NCBI GenBank assembly: GCA_034780895.1
Contig: JAUZTB010000064.1
Location: 114,743,110 to 114,807,109, forward strand
Direction: 5' to 3'
Length of the DNA: 64,000 nucleotides
DNA from: Rhynchobatus australiae
Lineage: Eukaryota
Shown: positions 1 to 14,349 of the stretch, one piece after another
How positions within the stretch are numbered: position 1 is the first letter of the stretch
Layout: every line of letters starts with the position of its first letter
Translations under genes and position numbers: made by a program
The notes under the pieces: model-generated
The model's input: the letters and a program-made list of their open reading frames with translations, nothing else
Databases searched by the model: none
What the model was told of the DNA's origin: nothing

Positions 1-19
1 AAAAGATTTAATGAAAATC

Positions 20-150
20 AAAAGAACTGAAGATGTTGGAAAACTGAAATAAAAACAGAAAATGCTAGAAACACTTAGCAGGCCAGGCAGCATCTGTGAA
101 AGGAGAAGCAAAGTTAATGTTTCGGGTTGAAGACCCTGTATTTGAAGCTT
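20..150 (-). mobile_element. Penelope-like terminal repeat (pLTR end) fragment
   Basis: aatgctagaaacacttagcaggccaggcagcatctgtg...gttaatgtttcgggttgaagaccct is the same repeat that abuts GIY-YIG/RT sequence at 19.1, 27.0 and 36.9 kb. Confidence 0.7.
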
Positions 151-819
151 TAATGTATTCTTTCTCTACACACAACCATCTTCTTTTGTATTGTCACATT
201 CTGGATATTCTGTGGGTCTATACTTTTTTGATGCTGGACTGGAAGTTTTAGTGGAAAAGGTGGAAGGACAAGAGATGTGATCTGTCTGCAGGAAGCTAGC
301 CCATTCAGACCTACAATGCAAAGCAATGGGGGGAAATAGCTAAGGAGGTGAATCCCCAGAGGCAAGAGCAGAAGATGTAGATACACTGCTATTAAAAGCT
401 CACTAATCTCACATGTATGGTCAAAATGAGTTGATACGTTAATAAATCATATTTGCCATCAATTGCGCCATTGGCCTGACACACATTTCAATACAGTACA
501 CAGTCATTCATCTATCAATAAACTTGACTAATCAAGATTTCTGCCACATTCTCTGAAAATCAGCACTGCTGTGAGTTTCATCCCCCAAATTCCTAGCCTG
601 TACATACTTTCAATTATTTTCCCATTACAGCTACATCACTCTGATATCTCCTGGGATATCCTCAAACACATTCCCTCTAACTTGTAGGACAAGGTGTCAC
701 ATAATTGCCAGGAGCAACAACTAATCTGCAAGGAATGAGCAGGGGTGTTGTTGTAATCGGGAGGTCAGTATTTGTGGCTCAGCCCTATTCTGCACTGAGG
801 ATAATGAACAGCAAACCAT

Positions 820-1400
820 CTGTTCCACTGCTCTGCTTGCAGTATGGGAACCTTGAGGTTGCTGTTATATGGGCAGCTCATATATTGTGAAGGAGTAAGC
901 AGACTCAAGATAAGGAAATACTATTTGCAAGTGAGGGTGGTGTGTGACTTGTCACACACCTTGCAGTTGTTGGAATTCCCAAGAGACAGCTGCCTTTGTT
1001 TTGCTAGGTGGTACAGGTGGATGGGATGCGAAGAGACACTGTGATGGGAAGAGACACTGCAAATTATTTGAGACATGGCATGCACTTCAGGCATTGGACC
1101 AGTGGTAAATGCAATGAAAGCTCAGGTTTGTTAACGGGGTGGCAATGCAGTTGGCTGCTTTGTGCTGAATGAGGTAAGCCATTCTGCATACCCCATTATA
1201 GCCATTATAACTTACTCCAAGTCTAAGTGGTGGGAAGCTCTTGCTGCGTTCAGGTACAAGTTGCTCCACAGCTTATTCCATGAGCTTGTGGAGCAGGCAA
1301 TCTGTGGGAACTTCTGGTCTTTAGTGTTTGCCCTGACAGCATGTTCAGATAGGGTCTCAGTCAACACATTCCTCCCTCTGCTCTTTCTCTCATATTTCAG
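820..1400 (-). mobile_element. Old CR1-group LINE 3' fragment
   Basis: Minus-strand peptide LIQHKAANCIATPLTNLSFHCIYH and the 3' sequence (ccacctagcaaaaacaaaggcagc...caagtcacacaccaccctcacttg) parallel the element at 62.9-64 kb. Confidence 0.55.
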
Positions 1401-1828
1401 ATAAAAATTTACCGTCACCTTGTGTTCAATGACAGTTATTCCACTACTCTACCAAAAGTCTTTATCCCTGTCAATTTTGCAGACTTCCAGACTCAATATC
1501 AAGTTCTCCAACGTTAGGTTACTCACTCTTTCCTTCAGTCTGCATCAGAACTGGTCGTTTCTGCTGTCATCATTTTGCCTCAGTTTTACTTTTTCTATTA
1601 GCATAGTCTGGCCTACTGGGCATGTCTCATGGTCCTGCTATTGGAAACACAACACAGACAGGAAAGCATAATTTGATTCTAACTGTGATTGTAACACATT
1701 TGATCTTACTCCATCAGAGATATATCCTTTGTTCTATCCACCAACATTCCTCCCCCTAACCACCCACNNNNNNNNNNNNNNNNNNNNNNNNNNNNNNNNN
1801 NNACTGAAAATTAATTTTTCTCTTTCCT

Positions 1829-1860
1829 AGTTCTGATGAAAGGTCTCAGACTTGAAACAT
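1829..1860 (+). ncRNA. Minimal hammerhead-ribozyme core (3' side deleted) within a Penelope-like terminal repeat (~1700-1920)
   Basis: AGTT-CTGATGA-AAGGTC-TCA-GACTT-GAAAC has an intact CUGAUGA box, stem II and GAAA box. The cleavage triplet and 3' strand of stem I are missing. It is followed by the pLTR motif ttccacagatgctg. Confidence 0.6.
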
Positions 1861-2259
1861 ATTTCTTTCCACAGATGCTGTCTAACCTTCTGAGGGTTTC
1901 TATAATTTTCTACTTATTTGAGCTCTGCTCCAAGTGAGTTCTCAAAAACAAACCATTAACAGGGCAGATGCCAGGCTTGTCTTTCCTGTTAAAATCCAAT
2001 TTCCTGTGATGTGTGCTAGTACTTTATATGTAAATCAGTTTCAAGGGGAGGGATTAATTGCACAATGCAAGAGTATAGGCATCACCACTGTATGCTTTGA
2101 ATATTTTGTACACCTTACTTGCATGGAACAATGCTACTGAAAACTGTATCATGTGTCAAAGTGCAAAACAACTCCATCATGTGTCACTAGCAATCTTACT
2201 GTATAGTTGAATCCCACATTACATAAAATATATGTCCTGCAGGGCTGAACATTATAATT

Positions 2260-2960
2260 GGTGTTTTGCATGGGTTCTTAAATGTCTAATGAGGCCAATG
2301 TGGAAACCACAAACTGCTCCGCATATGGGACAGGACGTAGCTTATGGAGCAGGTAGGTGGAGAAGTTTGTGACATGGTGCACTTCTTTTGTGTGACGTAG
2401 GGCTTCTGTGTGCTCCCAATGCGTAGTTTTGAGGTTCTCAAACACCCCAAATGTTCCTTCTTCAAGATGAGGAGTCGTGGGCTAGATATTCCCAGGAATC
2501 AATGATGACTTTGCACTTCATCGGTGTACCTTTGAGCATATCCTTGAATCTTTTTCTCTGTCTGTCTAATTACTTCCTCTCACAACAGAGCTCAGACTGA
2601 CCGCTTGGGGAATGCTGGTTAAGCAAATGACGTGACCAGCCCAAAATAGCTAACTGAGTGTAACTAGAGACTTGGTGCTGGGGATATTGACCTGGATATT
2701 GACAATGATTGGAGAAAGATTGAGAAAGGTGTTGGAGCAATGACATGGGTCTTCACTGAGGCTGGTTCTGCTGTAGATCCTGTGGTTAGTATAACGCCAT
2801 GACAGGCATGACAGGGTTTCTCAAACCTGTGGAATTCACATCTTGCGACAAGTGGGAACTTCAGAAAGCTTTGCACATTCTGAACACCCATCAGTTCCGG
2901 ATGCATTGTCAGCTAGAGAATCTTGAGCTTGGGTTTTAGTTCTTGAGCAACAGCTGATGT
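2260..2960 (-). mobile_element. RTE-clade LINE 3' fragment
   Basis: Minus strand reads LFWAGHVI...KRFKDMLK and a terminal C2H2-like finger CPICGAVCGFHIGLIRHLRTH; same family as 46.0-46.9 kb. Confidence 0.7.
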
Positions 2961-3789
2961 CACTCTAGCCCTTCAGACTGAGTATTTCAGGAGACATCCA
3001 CACAGCTTTAATATGTGCAAGCAGAGAGAAACTGGATAACTGCCAGACAAATAAAAAAACAACAGGCAGATATGTCAGTACTGAGGATAGGAACGAGAGG
3101 AAGAACAAGGTATTCAGCACATACTGTCTGTGGATGATATCCTGAGGGCACCTTCCTCTCTAACCATTATTTGGCTCTATATATTGATGGGAGAAAGATT
3201 TCCCTTGGAAAGGTGCAGACAGAGAACAAGCCATTGTAATGTGGAATATTCTGAATTATATAAGGAGCTGAAAGGTCAAGTGAGTAAGGGTAGAGCAATG
3301 AGCAACATTGAGGGAGCAACAGTGGGACTAAAGTTGCTGTGTATATTAGCTATGCACATATACGTGTACAAATAGAGGCTCCGCTTACTTTAACTCCCAG
3401 AAGAATGGTGGTTACTGATTCTGAAATTGTAATATTAAGTGATGAAGACAACTTCAGTCTCTGAGAATATGACATGCTTCCTTGTGGTTACATATTACTG
3501 AACATTGAAAAAGTGACCACAGTGGCAAATTTCCCTCCAGAGGGCTAATAGAGACATATTCTCCCAAATGACTTTATGTTTATGCATGAGGCAGATAAGT
3601 GATGGATTGTTTCCCAGGATCGGTAATTGTGTCAATTTTGCCAGATCCCAAGCACTGTTCACGTATGTTTGAACTTGTATTTCCAGATTGCTTCTCAAAA
3701 TTACAAGCTCCATCAATTTCACACACAATGCAATCTGAGAACCCATTTGTCAACGAAGAATAATCATTAATCATGAGGGATCATAGTTG

Positions 3790-4770
3790 ACCAACTTACT
3801 GCATATGCACAAGGTAAGATCTTGGAGGTGTGCTTAATTTCGGGAGATGAGGCATTCTGCCAAATAGTTTTGACAATATGCTTGAGAAACCATCCCACAG
3901 GATCCATTGTGTCCTTCTCCCGCAAGGCCTGCAGGATGTTTCGTGCTGACCACTGCCTGATGGACGTAGTCAGAGGTGTTTTTCTTGAGAAAAAAGAATT
4001 TTTCCATGAAGGACAGGCAAAGTCCAACTGAATGGAACATTGCATGGTAACAAGGCCAGGTCCATCCTTTCTAACACTGGGGATAGGTAGAACCTCAACA
4101 TGTAGTGACACCTGGAGCTTGTGTAGTTCCATGCACAGCTTGATGCAGCCACACACAAAGCTGGCCAGAAATGATGAGGGCAATATTGGGTACATTTTTG
4201 CCCCCCTTATCTGTGGGCTTGTGCACAGTGACCTATCGGACATGCTCCATCTTCAATTTCCTGATGAAATGGAAAATGGCTCAGTTGACTGTCATGGTGG
4301 AGGAGTGGGGATGACACAGATAGCAACACCAAGAGCATCTGATGACCAGATTCTTGCCAATTGAGAGGGTGTGCCACTCTCACAGAGGCAATTTTTTGTT
4401 TAACTTTGCTATCTGGTCCAGATAATTTTTGTTACATGCCTCGGCCCCTCGAACCAACTCTTCAGCACCTTCAGGTAGTCGGACTTGATGGTAAAGGGAA
4501 CAATGGATTGATGGGGCCAGTTGCCAAAGAGCATGGCCCCACTCTTTCTGTGGTTGACTCTGGCCCCTGGGGCCAGCTCAAACTGATAGCAGATGGTGAT
4601 CAATCTGCGCACTGACCTTAGAACCAAGCAAAAGATGGTGATGTCATCCATATACAGGGAAACTTTGATCGGAATGCCTCCACTGCCTAGCATTTTCATC
4701 ACTCTTATGCCCACATCTATCCTAATGGATTCAGAAAAGAATTCTATGCAGTCCTGCAACTATCCAAGCT
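3790..4770 (-). mobile_element. Tx1/L1-clade LINE ORF2 fragment (RT catalytic region and C-terminus)
   Basis: KVSLYMDDITIF...YQFELAPGARVNHRKS (YxDD RT motif) and WSARNILQALREK...IWQNASSPE, in broken frames. Confidence 0.8.
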
Positions 4771-5904
4771 CCTTAATTACCTTGGACCTGCAAGTACATT
4801 TTAATGGTGGTTAGGATACAAAGGAAACCCCCTTAAAACTCAGCCAATGATATGAGAGATGAGTAGTGGTGCAGTGGCACTAAGGGCCACTAGGGAAGCC
4901 ATTTGTCTGCTAAAGATGTGCTCAGGTGTCTGGATAATTCTGGAGCCCACTCTTCTGTGCTTGTCAGTGGGTGTCTCCAGAATGATTCGGTTGTGAAGTA
5001 GTGAGGATATGAACTTGAGGAAGAACAAGGCGATCAGTACATAATGTCTACAGATGATTCCCATGGGGAGGATTTGGACAATAAAGGCTATGCCTCTGTT
5101 CCTGCACTAGCCGCTCACATTGGTCTTTGAGGTTTTAGATATTATTTTCATAACTGTAGAACTCACTTTGTCTGGGGCAATGTAACTATCCAATGGCTAT
5201 TGACTCCTATCCCTCTTCTCCACAGCCCACACTCTTTCTGAAGCACTCCATTTCTACAACTAATTGCCTACTCATTGCATCACCCCATCTTTAACCCTGT
5301 TAATTCATGTCTTCTCATTTAGCAATATGCAAGTTAAAAGGGGATTTTCTAGATGGCAACTGTAATTAGGCAATACAGTGCTTATGCAAATAAGAAATTT
5401 TAAGTGATTCTGGAAAACAATAGAAATCCTGTTCACCACAGGATGTGGATGAAATGTGCAGCTTTGCTTACCTTTCCTGATTTGTTTAAGTCATTAAAGT
5501 ACTTCCTGTGATGAATGAAGGAATGTGCTGCTCTGATTATGCTGCTGACCTCCTTTACTACTTACAGCTACAACACTTTGTTGCAGCCACAACTGTTTTG
5601 CTTCCATTGCTCTGGAAGAGTGACTCTCTGCTATTCTTCACTGCGCCAACAGAACACTGAGCATTAACTCTTGACGTAATCCATGGCCATCCTGAATTCA
5701 TCAATGAACATCTCCTTCCTAACAACTCCAAACTCCTCTCTTGAATTGATTCCAAATATGCATTCAAGTCATTTTGCTTCTCACAAAAGTCTGTGGCTAA
5801 GAGTATTTTCCTAACATGAGGGATTGGGCATACACTACAAATCATTGGAGTTTTCTGTCTCAAAGAACTGTAGATATCCAGTTGGTGGCGACATTTATGG
5901 CTCA

Positions 5905-6030
5905 TGTTTTCATCAAAGGATAAGGGAATTGGGAAGGAAAGTGGATGAGACATAGGATCAGCCATGAACATACTGAATAGTGATTGGGCTTGAGGGTTGT
6001 ATAGCCTACTCTGCTGCTATTTTCTACATT
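5905..6030 (+). mobile_element. CR1/HER1 LINE 3' tail remnant
   Basis: atcaaaggataaggg...ggatcagccatga...gcctactctgctgctattttcta resembles the other CR1 3' ends in the window. Confidence 0.55.
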
Positions 6031-6728
6031 TTAATTCAACAGAATATAAACTGACAGACAATTAAAAATGAACAGGTAACTGTATGCTCCAAACTCAATT
6101 TCTCACAATTTCCAAATCTCAGCTGCAAGGTGGAACAGGCACATTCCTTAGAAAGATGGGGATTCATATATTTATGCAAGTCATAGTGCTATTACATCAA
6201 TAGGAATCCAACTGAGTTTCAGCCATGGTCTGGGTGGAAAGTACACCACATTATTTCCTGTAATGCCATCCTGTGAACCTCAACTGAAACTTCCTATTCA
6301 CTATTTACCTACAAACTGGCAGGCATGCAAGAGATGCCTGATCTTTTAAAGCCATAGCCAATGATGGAAAGTGTGACAAACAGCTTTAAACTTAGACCAG
6401 CAAATAGTTTTTACTTGTCTTTCCTTCACCCTCCCAAAACCCATTCTAAGTTAACCACAAATTGTCATCGATGACAACTGTCTCTAGAATATTTTAATTC
6501 CAGTCTGCATGTCTTCATAAAAATACTGTGGAATACTGCCCAAATTCTTATCATTTACCACATATTTCAAGCACATCAGCTCAAATACTCATCAGCTGCA
6601 CTCCACGGTTCAATATTTGTTCTTGATATAACACATGCTCCATGTTATCAAATATTACATCACCTTCATTTAAGCTAAAGCCTGTAAACAGACAGAAGAG
6701 AAACAAGGAGAAAAGACTGATCTTGATC

Positions 6729-7908
6729 TAAGGTAGATGAGGGTAGGGCAGTGGATGTTCTCTATTTGGACTTTAGCAAGACCTACAACAAGGTCCTACA
6801 TGGTTGGTTAGTCTGTAGGGTTAGGACCCATGGAATCCAGAGAGAGCTAGTTAGGTAGAGTCAAAATTGGCTCAGAGGTAGGAAGCAGAGGGTGGTGGTT
6901 GAAGGTGGTTGAATGGAGGCTGATGACTAGTGATGTGCCGTAGGGGTCGGTGTTGGGACTCTTATTATTTGTTATTTACATCCTTGATTTGGATGCAAAT
7001 ACACAAGGCTTGATCAGTAAATTTGCAGATAACATGAAATTAGGACGTGTTGTTGATCGTGAAGAAGGTTATCGTAGATCACAGGGGATCTTGATCAGTT
7101 AGGGAAGTGGGCCATGGAGTGGCAAATGGATTTCAATACAGATAAGTGTGAGGTGGTGCAGTTTGGAAAGTCAAACCAGCGTAGGATTTATATTATCAAT
7201 GGTAAGACACTAGGGAGTGTAATGGAAAAGAGGGACCTAGAAGTACAAGTGCATAGTTCATTAAAAGCAGCTTCACAGGTAGACAGGGCAGTGAAAAAGG
7301 CATTTAGCATGCTGGCCTTCATCAGTCAGGGCACTGAGTTTTGGAGTTGAGACATTATGTTGCAGTTGTATAAGTTGTTGGTGAGGCTTCACTTGAAGTA
7401 CTGTGTACAGTTTTGGTCACCCTGTTATTGGAAAGACATGGTTAAGTTGGAAAGAGCACAGAAAAGATTTATGAGGATGTTGCCAGGACCAGAGGGCCTG
7501 AGTTATAGAGGTTGGCCAGGCTAGGTCTTTATTCCTTGGAACGTAGTAGAATGAGGGGCAACCTTGGATAGAAATGTTTATAATTATGAGAGGCATAGTT
7601 AAGGTGGATGGGTCATAGTCTTTTCCTCAGGGTAAGGGAGTCCAAAACTAGGGGGCATAGACTTAGGGTGAAGGGGTAAGATTTAAAAAGGACCTAAGGG
7701 GCAACTTTTTCATGGTGAGTAAATGGAACAAGCTGCCAGAGGAAGTGGTTAAGGCAGGTACAGCAGTATAATTTAGGAAGCACTTGGATAGGTACATGGA
7801 GGGGAGGGGCTTAAGAGGGTAATGGGCCGAACACAGGAAATTCAGTGTCAGCATGGTCTCGTTGGGCCAAAGGGCCTGTATCTGTGCTGTATTGCTCTAC
7901 GATTCTAT
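6729..7908 (+). mobile_element. CR1 (HER1-like) LINE, 5'-truncated: RT plus 3' UTR
   Basis: VDEGRAVDVLYLDFSK, VP*GSVLG, SKFADN, WQMDFNTDKCEV, RDLEVQVHSSLK, LHLKYCVQFWSP, with several stops and frameshifts. Typical 3' end gggccaaagggcctgtatctgtgctgt...ctacgattcta. Confidence 0.92.
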
Positions 7909-7989
7909 AAACTCAAAACTACAACTCACCAACCCATGGCTGGTGCCTATTTTCATGCCCTGATTCAGTGCTACAGTACCAATAGAACC

Positions 7990-8520
7990 AAAATCAGAAT
8001 TATTATCACTGACATATGACATGAAATTTGTTTTATGGCAGAAGTGCAGTGCAAAGGCATAAAAATTGATACATTACAAATATAAATACAGTAAATAGTG
8101 CAAAAAATGGAATATTGAAGTAGTGTTCATGAGTTCATGGATCATTCAGAAATCTGATGGCTGAGGGGAAGAAGCAGTTCCTGAATCATTGAGTTTGGGT
8201 CTTCAAGTTCCTGTAATTCCTCCCTGATGGTAGTAATGAGAAGAGGGCATGTCTCGGATGGTGAGAGTCCTTAATGATGGATGCCGTTTTCTTGAGGCAC
8301 TGGCTCTTGAAGATATCCCCAATAGTGGGGAGAGTTGTGCTCATGATGGAGTTGGCTGAGTCTATAACCCTCTGCAGCCTCTTGCGATCCTTTGCATTGG
8401 AGGGTCCATACCAGGCTGTGATGCAACCATTTAGAATGCTCTCCACTGTACATCTATCTTTGGTGACATACCAAATCTCCTCAAACTCATAACGAAGTAG
8501 AGCCGCTGGCATACCTTCTT
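7990..8520 (-). mobile_element. Rex1/Babar LINE 3' fragment
   Basis: ESILNGCITAWYG...RKRLQRVI...IIKDSHHPRHALFSLLPSGRNYR is the characteristic Rex1 ORF C-terminus. Confidence 0.88.
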
Positions 8521-11500
8521 AGTGATATTGTACTATAAACCGCAAAGACTTTGGAAACGGAACTTCAAGTTTTATTAGATACTCGTCTCAGGTGCAAACA
8601 ATGGTTCTGATTCAATGAACAACTTGATCCAATGAAGCAATGTTGGATTTCATGCCTCATTGCCAATACCTGGAAGTTCAATCCTTGAGGCGGAGATGGT
8701 TAGAAGTATTGTTAGTATTGAGGTGGCCTACAGGGAAGGGGTGATCCTAATTGTTCTGGAAGTGGAGAAGCAAACAAGATACTTAAAAAGAAGGCCCTCG
8801 TGATTTTAACAACTGATGCACAGCTTTGACTCCCATTGCTGCTTTGGTATATTTTAAGCCTGTTTTCTCAGTAAAATATGTTCACCATACATATAATTTT
8901 CTACTCTAATAATCCTTGATGAAAATTTTTATCTTTGACTGTATAAAGTTTCAGTATTGTAATTTTAATCTTAAAAAGTTTTTTTAACATCACTTATATA
9001 GCACAGATATTTTGCAAATATTTCCTACCAACAGCTTATAAATGTTTGATTAGGTTTTGCAGTATGTATTATTAATTTTCAATAAACACTGACTACAAAA
9101 CATTTTAAAAACATCCAGCAGAGGCAAATGCATCTTCTGACTGTGGTTGAGCTCCTAATTCTGCACTATGTGGGATCAGGAAGCTTCACTGAATTTTATT
9201 TTCCATGTAGAAGATGCTAATTTGCATCAGGATGAAATTGTGATATGGTAAAAGAAAATTCAGAGCATGGAACTAAATTATGTATTAGAATGTATTAATC
9301 CTTTGAATGACTGTAGGCAACCAAACATGAAAGTTGCACGTTGATGTTTAAAAGTGGTGTTTAATAAAGAAACGCTGCAGGCAGTGTTTAAGTAGAATGT
9401 GACCAGTGGATTACCAATAATGGTCTATCTATCTGAGGAAAGATCTAATGTAACCCCAAGATACATTTGATATTCAAACCATATTTTCCTCATTACTTTC
9501 CTCTGCATCATTGTTATAAATGATTCTTAGCAATAGAAACAAAAACACACACAATAAAGAGGATTTGAAGAAGTGTGATGCATGTGTTCAGCTACTGGTT
9601 GGGAATTTGGAGGCCAGCTGCCACATACCATTTCATTCGAGTGTTTTATTCTAGTTGATTCAGCTGGGTTGATTCACCTCTTTGATCGAGGCATGCTGTT
9701 AATTTCAACATGCTAATTACTCTATTAATTACAGCAAAATCAACATGAGATTTGCACTTTCACATTGGTTCTATGACAGGCATTAAACTGAGCTTCAAAT
9801 TTGAGTGTTTTTGGAAGAGCAGGTTGAACACAAATGTAACTAGCTGTAATGTGTTTCATAATTATTGGTGGGGCATGTGCCCTTACTGCCACACCCTCCC
9901 TCTATGTGTACCTTCTTGGCTAAGGATTATTCATGATATTATTGGCCACAGTGTAGGTCACTAACTGAGGTGTTCGGGAGTTGGTGAGGCAAAAAGGATG
10001 AGATATAAGCATAAGAGTAATGCTCAGTGTTGAATGGATGAATGGAAGCATTTGCTGAAGTTGACAATGAGGATTATGTGTGGCATTATTGTGCTGCAAT
10101 CTGAACAGTTTCTGGGTAGTTTGAATCTGATGTCTTGCATCACCATAAATCTGCAGCAGGCAGATTGGCCAGTTCTATTTAACTAGAGCCCAGCCTTCAA
10201 ATGTTTCCTTGTCGCCTTGGTGGATGAGTGCTCCAAAAGTCAGTTTACAAAAATAAACTCCACCCAATATAAATTGGCAATGGGGGACGGGAGAGAGAAA
10301 TAGTCGATATATGATTGGAAGTGGAGATAGAGATGCAGAAGGTTGCAAAGACAAATGAAAAATCTGGATAAGAACAAGCACCTCAAAGATTATTCTCTAT
10401 TATTATCAGCTATGGAACATTTTTATATTCGTGTGAAATTCCATGCATTGCTATTTCAACAATGATATCAACCAATAAGGGGATATAAGAAATAGGGGCT
10501 TATAACCTGGAAAATGAAGGAAAAATAGACCAAATATAGACATGAAACATTCTTATAAAGTGATTTATGATAATTTCTCCACTTACTCCTCATTCTGGTG
10601 ATTCTGGAAGTAAATCAAGAATCCTGCTGTGAAACAGAACCTTTCCATTTCATTGTGGAAGTCACACGCCACCACTACAATACGTAAGGGAGTCAAGTTT
10701 AGAATGTGTGGTCTTCAATTTTAGCAGAAGTTATTGACATTTCCAAATGCACTAACCTCAATAATTTCCATTCACTTTATGGAGACCCACAAGCCACAAG
10801 GGAAAACACAAGCCAGAAGGTTAAGGTGAAGTAAAATCTAAATTTAGAGAGTTGAAACTACATGTATGTTTCTCTTCAATGCATCTTCCTCAGTGTAGAA
10901 AGCATGGAACTAGTTCAACATGAAAATTTAAAAAAAATAGGTTTAATAATTATTTAATCCTAATCTTTAAATATCATATGAAAGATCAAAGATTAGATCT
11001 TTGGAACAAAATAGAAAACTTTTGTTGAAACAAAATGTAGAGGTTTGATCTCAAAAGTCCATCTGCTAAATGCTCTTCTCTTAAAGCTTACAACACTTTT
11101 ATTGCTCCTCCAACTAGAACAAACGATGTGGTTCAGCCACAAGCTTTCTTTCACTATATCTTTAATAACAATGAAATATTAATACATGTCCAAACATCAA
11201 AATAAGCAACTGGTATGCTTCAATCAATACAAAGTTTTTACAGAAATTGACAAAATGATTGAATGGTGTCCACAAATGGGACTTGATGACTGCAGTAAGT
11301 ACTTTGATAATTTGACTAGGTCTGCAAGTGAGGAGATAAATCACAGCAATGTCCTCAGCAATGGGAAAATAACAACAAAAAAAAATGTTCTTAACTACAG
11401 GTGAGGTGATAGGCCTAAACATCAAAAACTGAGTGGTGATGTAATCTGATCAGTAGGAATCTGGGGGAAAAAAAAGATATATGATGAACAGCTAACTAAT

Positions 11501-11619
11501 TGCAAGTAATATCTGTCTGTAATCCAGGTGATGTCTCTTCCACTGTTGAAGGTGTGGAGGTCAACATGAGAGCCTGAGTGGTAAGGTGGTAAACTTGTGT
11601 AAATTTCTGAGTGAATACT

Positions 11620-12450
11620 TTGCATTTGTCTTCATGAGAAACTAGAAATGGAAGGCATATTAAGAGGCCTAACATGTTTAAAAATCACCAGGCCCATGTA
11701 AAATATATTCCAGGTTGCTAGAAGAAACTAAGGAGGAATTAGTCTAGGTTAGTAGTGTAATTTTTCAATGCTATAGGTGTGGTGCCGGAGAACTGGAAAA
11801 TTGCTTATGTAGTATCCTTATTTAAAAAAAGAGAAAAGGATGGACTGAGTAACTACAAACTAGCCAGTCTGATATTGGTAGTTGGCAAATTGTTGGAAAA
11901 CAATTCTGAGGTACTCTGTAACTGCACTTGGTTTAGCATTGTTATGAAATGAGAAAGGAAGACCAGGAATAAAAATTCTACACTGGGGGAGAGCCAATTT
12001 TATTAAGCTGAGATATGAGTTAGCAGAAGTGGAACTGGAAAAGCTACTTTAATGTAAATTGAGCTAATCAAGGACAGTCAGCATAGATTTGCTAAGGGAA
12101 GTTTGCACCTGACTAACCTAATTGAACTTTTTGAGGAAGTAATAAGAAGTGCTGGACAAGGGTAGAGTATTTCATGTAGTCTGTATGGATTTTAGTAAGG
12201 CATTTGAAAAAAATCCCACATGGTAAACTGATCATGAAACCAAAAGCCCATGGGAACAAAGAAGAAGTGACAAGTTGAATTAAAAGTTGGCTCAGAAAAT
12301 AAAATGTAATGGTTTGTGTGAATTTTAGTGACTAGAGGGGTGTATACAGTGGGGTTCTACATGACTCAGTACTAGGCCCCATGCTTTTTGTGGTATAAAG
12401 TATTTGGACTTAATTGCAAGGGCCTCACTTAAGAAGCCTGCCAATTATAC
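11620..12450 (+). mobile_element. Degenerate CR1 LINE RT fragments
   Basis: KSPGP, VPENWKIAYVVSLFKK, NYKLASL, SQHRFAKGSLHLTNLIELFEEV and VVCMDFSKAFE motifs. Confidence 0.85.
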
Positions 12451-12959
12451 CAAAGGCAACAAAGAAACTGGATCACATAGTACTGTGTTTTTCAGTGCTA
12501 CTTGATCAAAAATCATGTTGATCTGGAAGAAATCACAGTTGCAATGCGAATTCACAACAATCATGACATTTCAGAACTGCTTTCAGAAATGCACTTCTAG
12601 TGGTGATTCACTTTAGTGAACCTGATGTTTTCAGAGTCAAATATTCACACCTAATTATATCAGTTATAATGCAGATAAAGTTCAGCCTATACAAACAGTT
12701 TTCAATGCATTTCTCTTTCCACAGATGCTGTTGGACAGTGAATGTTTTTTATTTCAGCACACACTACCTTAAATTGGAGCTCAAATCTCCAAACAATAAT
12801 CATCATGCAATGGCTTAAGAACTAGGAGCATAGCACTCTACATTCTGTTTTACTCATGATTAAATGTGACTCTGCAAAGTGGAGAAGCAGCATCTGGGAT
12901 GGTATTGAGGGTCTCACAGCCAATCATCGGGAGCACACAGTTAGAGTAAGACCTTTTTT

Positions 12960-13500
12960 ACTTGCATACTCAAGTCCTCTTACAATGCATACTCACATTC
13001 ACTTTATCTTTCTAATTGCCTCTTTGACCTGCAGGTTAACTTTCAGTGGCTAGTGTACAAGGACAGCCAAGACACATTGAATGTCAACATTTCCCAGTTT
13101 CTCATCATTTAAAAAATGCTCAGCATTTCTCTTTTTTTTAAGCCAAAGTGGATAAACATTTTGTTTTCCATATTATCTCTATCTGCTATACTGTTGCCCA
13201 CTCGCTCAGACAATCTATATCCCCTTGAAGCCTCTTTACATCTTCAGCACCACTCATATTTGCACTTGGTTGTCATAAGCAAACTTGGAAATGTTACATT
13301 TCATCCTCTCTCCCAAATCATTGATATGGATTGTGAATAACTGATGCCCAAGCACCAATCCCTTTGGTAGCCCACGAGTCACAGCCTCCCAATCTGAGGA
13401 CACCTCTATTCCTACTCTTTGGTTTCTGTCACATAACCAATTCTCAATCCACACCAGTATGTTGCACCCAATTCCACGTGCTCTAACCTTGTTCGCTCAG
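12960..13500 (-). mobile_element. Degenerate CR1 LINE RT fragment
   Basis: WIENWLCDRNQRVGI...GLPKGLVLG...INDL...ISKFAYD. Confidence 0.85.
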
Positions 13501-13869
13501 TTAAGTACCCATATTGTATGAAATGCACATGACCGTTTAAATAATTGANNNNNNNNNNNCATCTGATATGACATTTGACACATTATTATACCAGACACTG
13601 CTATTAGTTGAGAGTTGACTGTCTTTAATGGAGGATGTTACGTCGATAGCTCTACCTTGTTATTTGCCTTGGTAATAAGCAGCACTAAAGAAACAATGCT
13701 GCCATTTAACAAAAAACAGAGGTGTTAAAGCAAGGCATTTAAGTATTTAATTCAGTGATTCATTCATTAATTTTGTACATCTTTTTTATAATATACACCA
13801 TTCAGTTCATCATGTCCACGTTAGCTCCAAACAGACTACTCCCATCAGCTCCGATCCTCATTTCCCTGC

Positions 13870-14200
13870 AGCGTTACATGTTATTCTCTGAGTACATAAG
13901 TAAAGATGTGGTGTAGCTGTGGTAGATTGGTAGAGGTCCTTGGTCTGGTGGATGTTAACTGTGAGGCTCATCCTCCTGTATGCTTCAGAGAATGAGGTGA
14001 CAATACTCTGCAGTTCGGCCACTGAGGGTATACGTTGCAAGGGTTATCTGCACACTCTAGCTTGACTACTGAGGTTCAGGTGACCTTGTTCTGGAATATT
14101 GTTTGCTTAGGCTAAACAATTTGCTATCAGTACTGAAGATTGACTTCACTCCACAGAATGTTTGTTGGAAGTGAGGTGCAACATTGCAAGGAGAAATATT
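13870..14200 (-). mobile_element. RTE-clade LINE RT fragment
   Basis: ECADN...AELQSIVTSFSEAYRRMSLTVNIHQTK corresponds to the segment after the YADD motif in RTE RTs. Confidence 0.65.
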
Positions 14201-14349
14201 GAATGAAGTATTGGGGCAATGCCTCAACCTTGTTTGACATTGGTTCAATTGTAGACCAGTTGATTAGTATCAGGGCTTGCTTACCAATGTAGAGCAAATG
14301 AAAGATGGAAATGAATTTCTATGGATAGCTGAATTGGAGGCAGGTCCCT

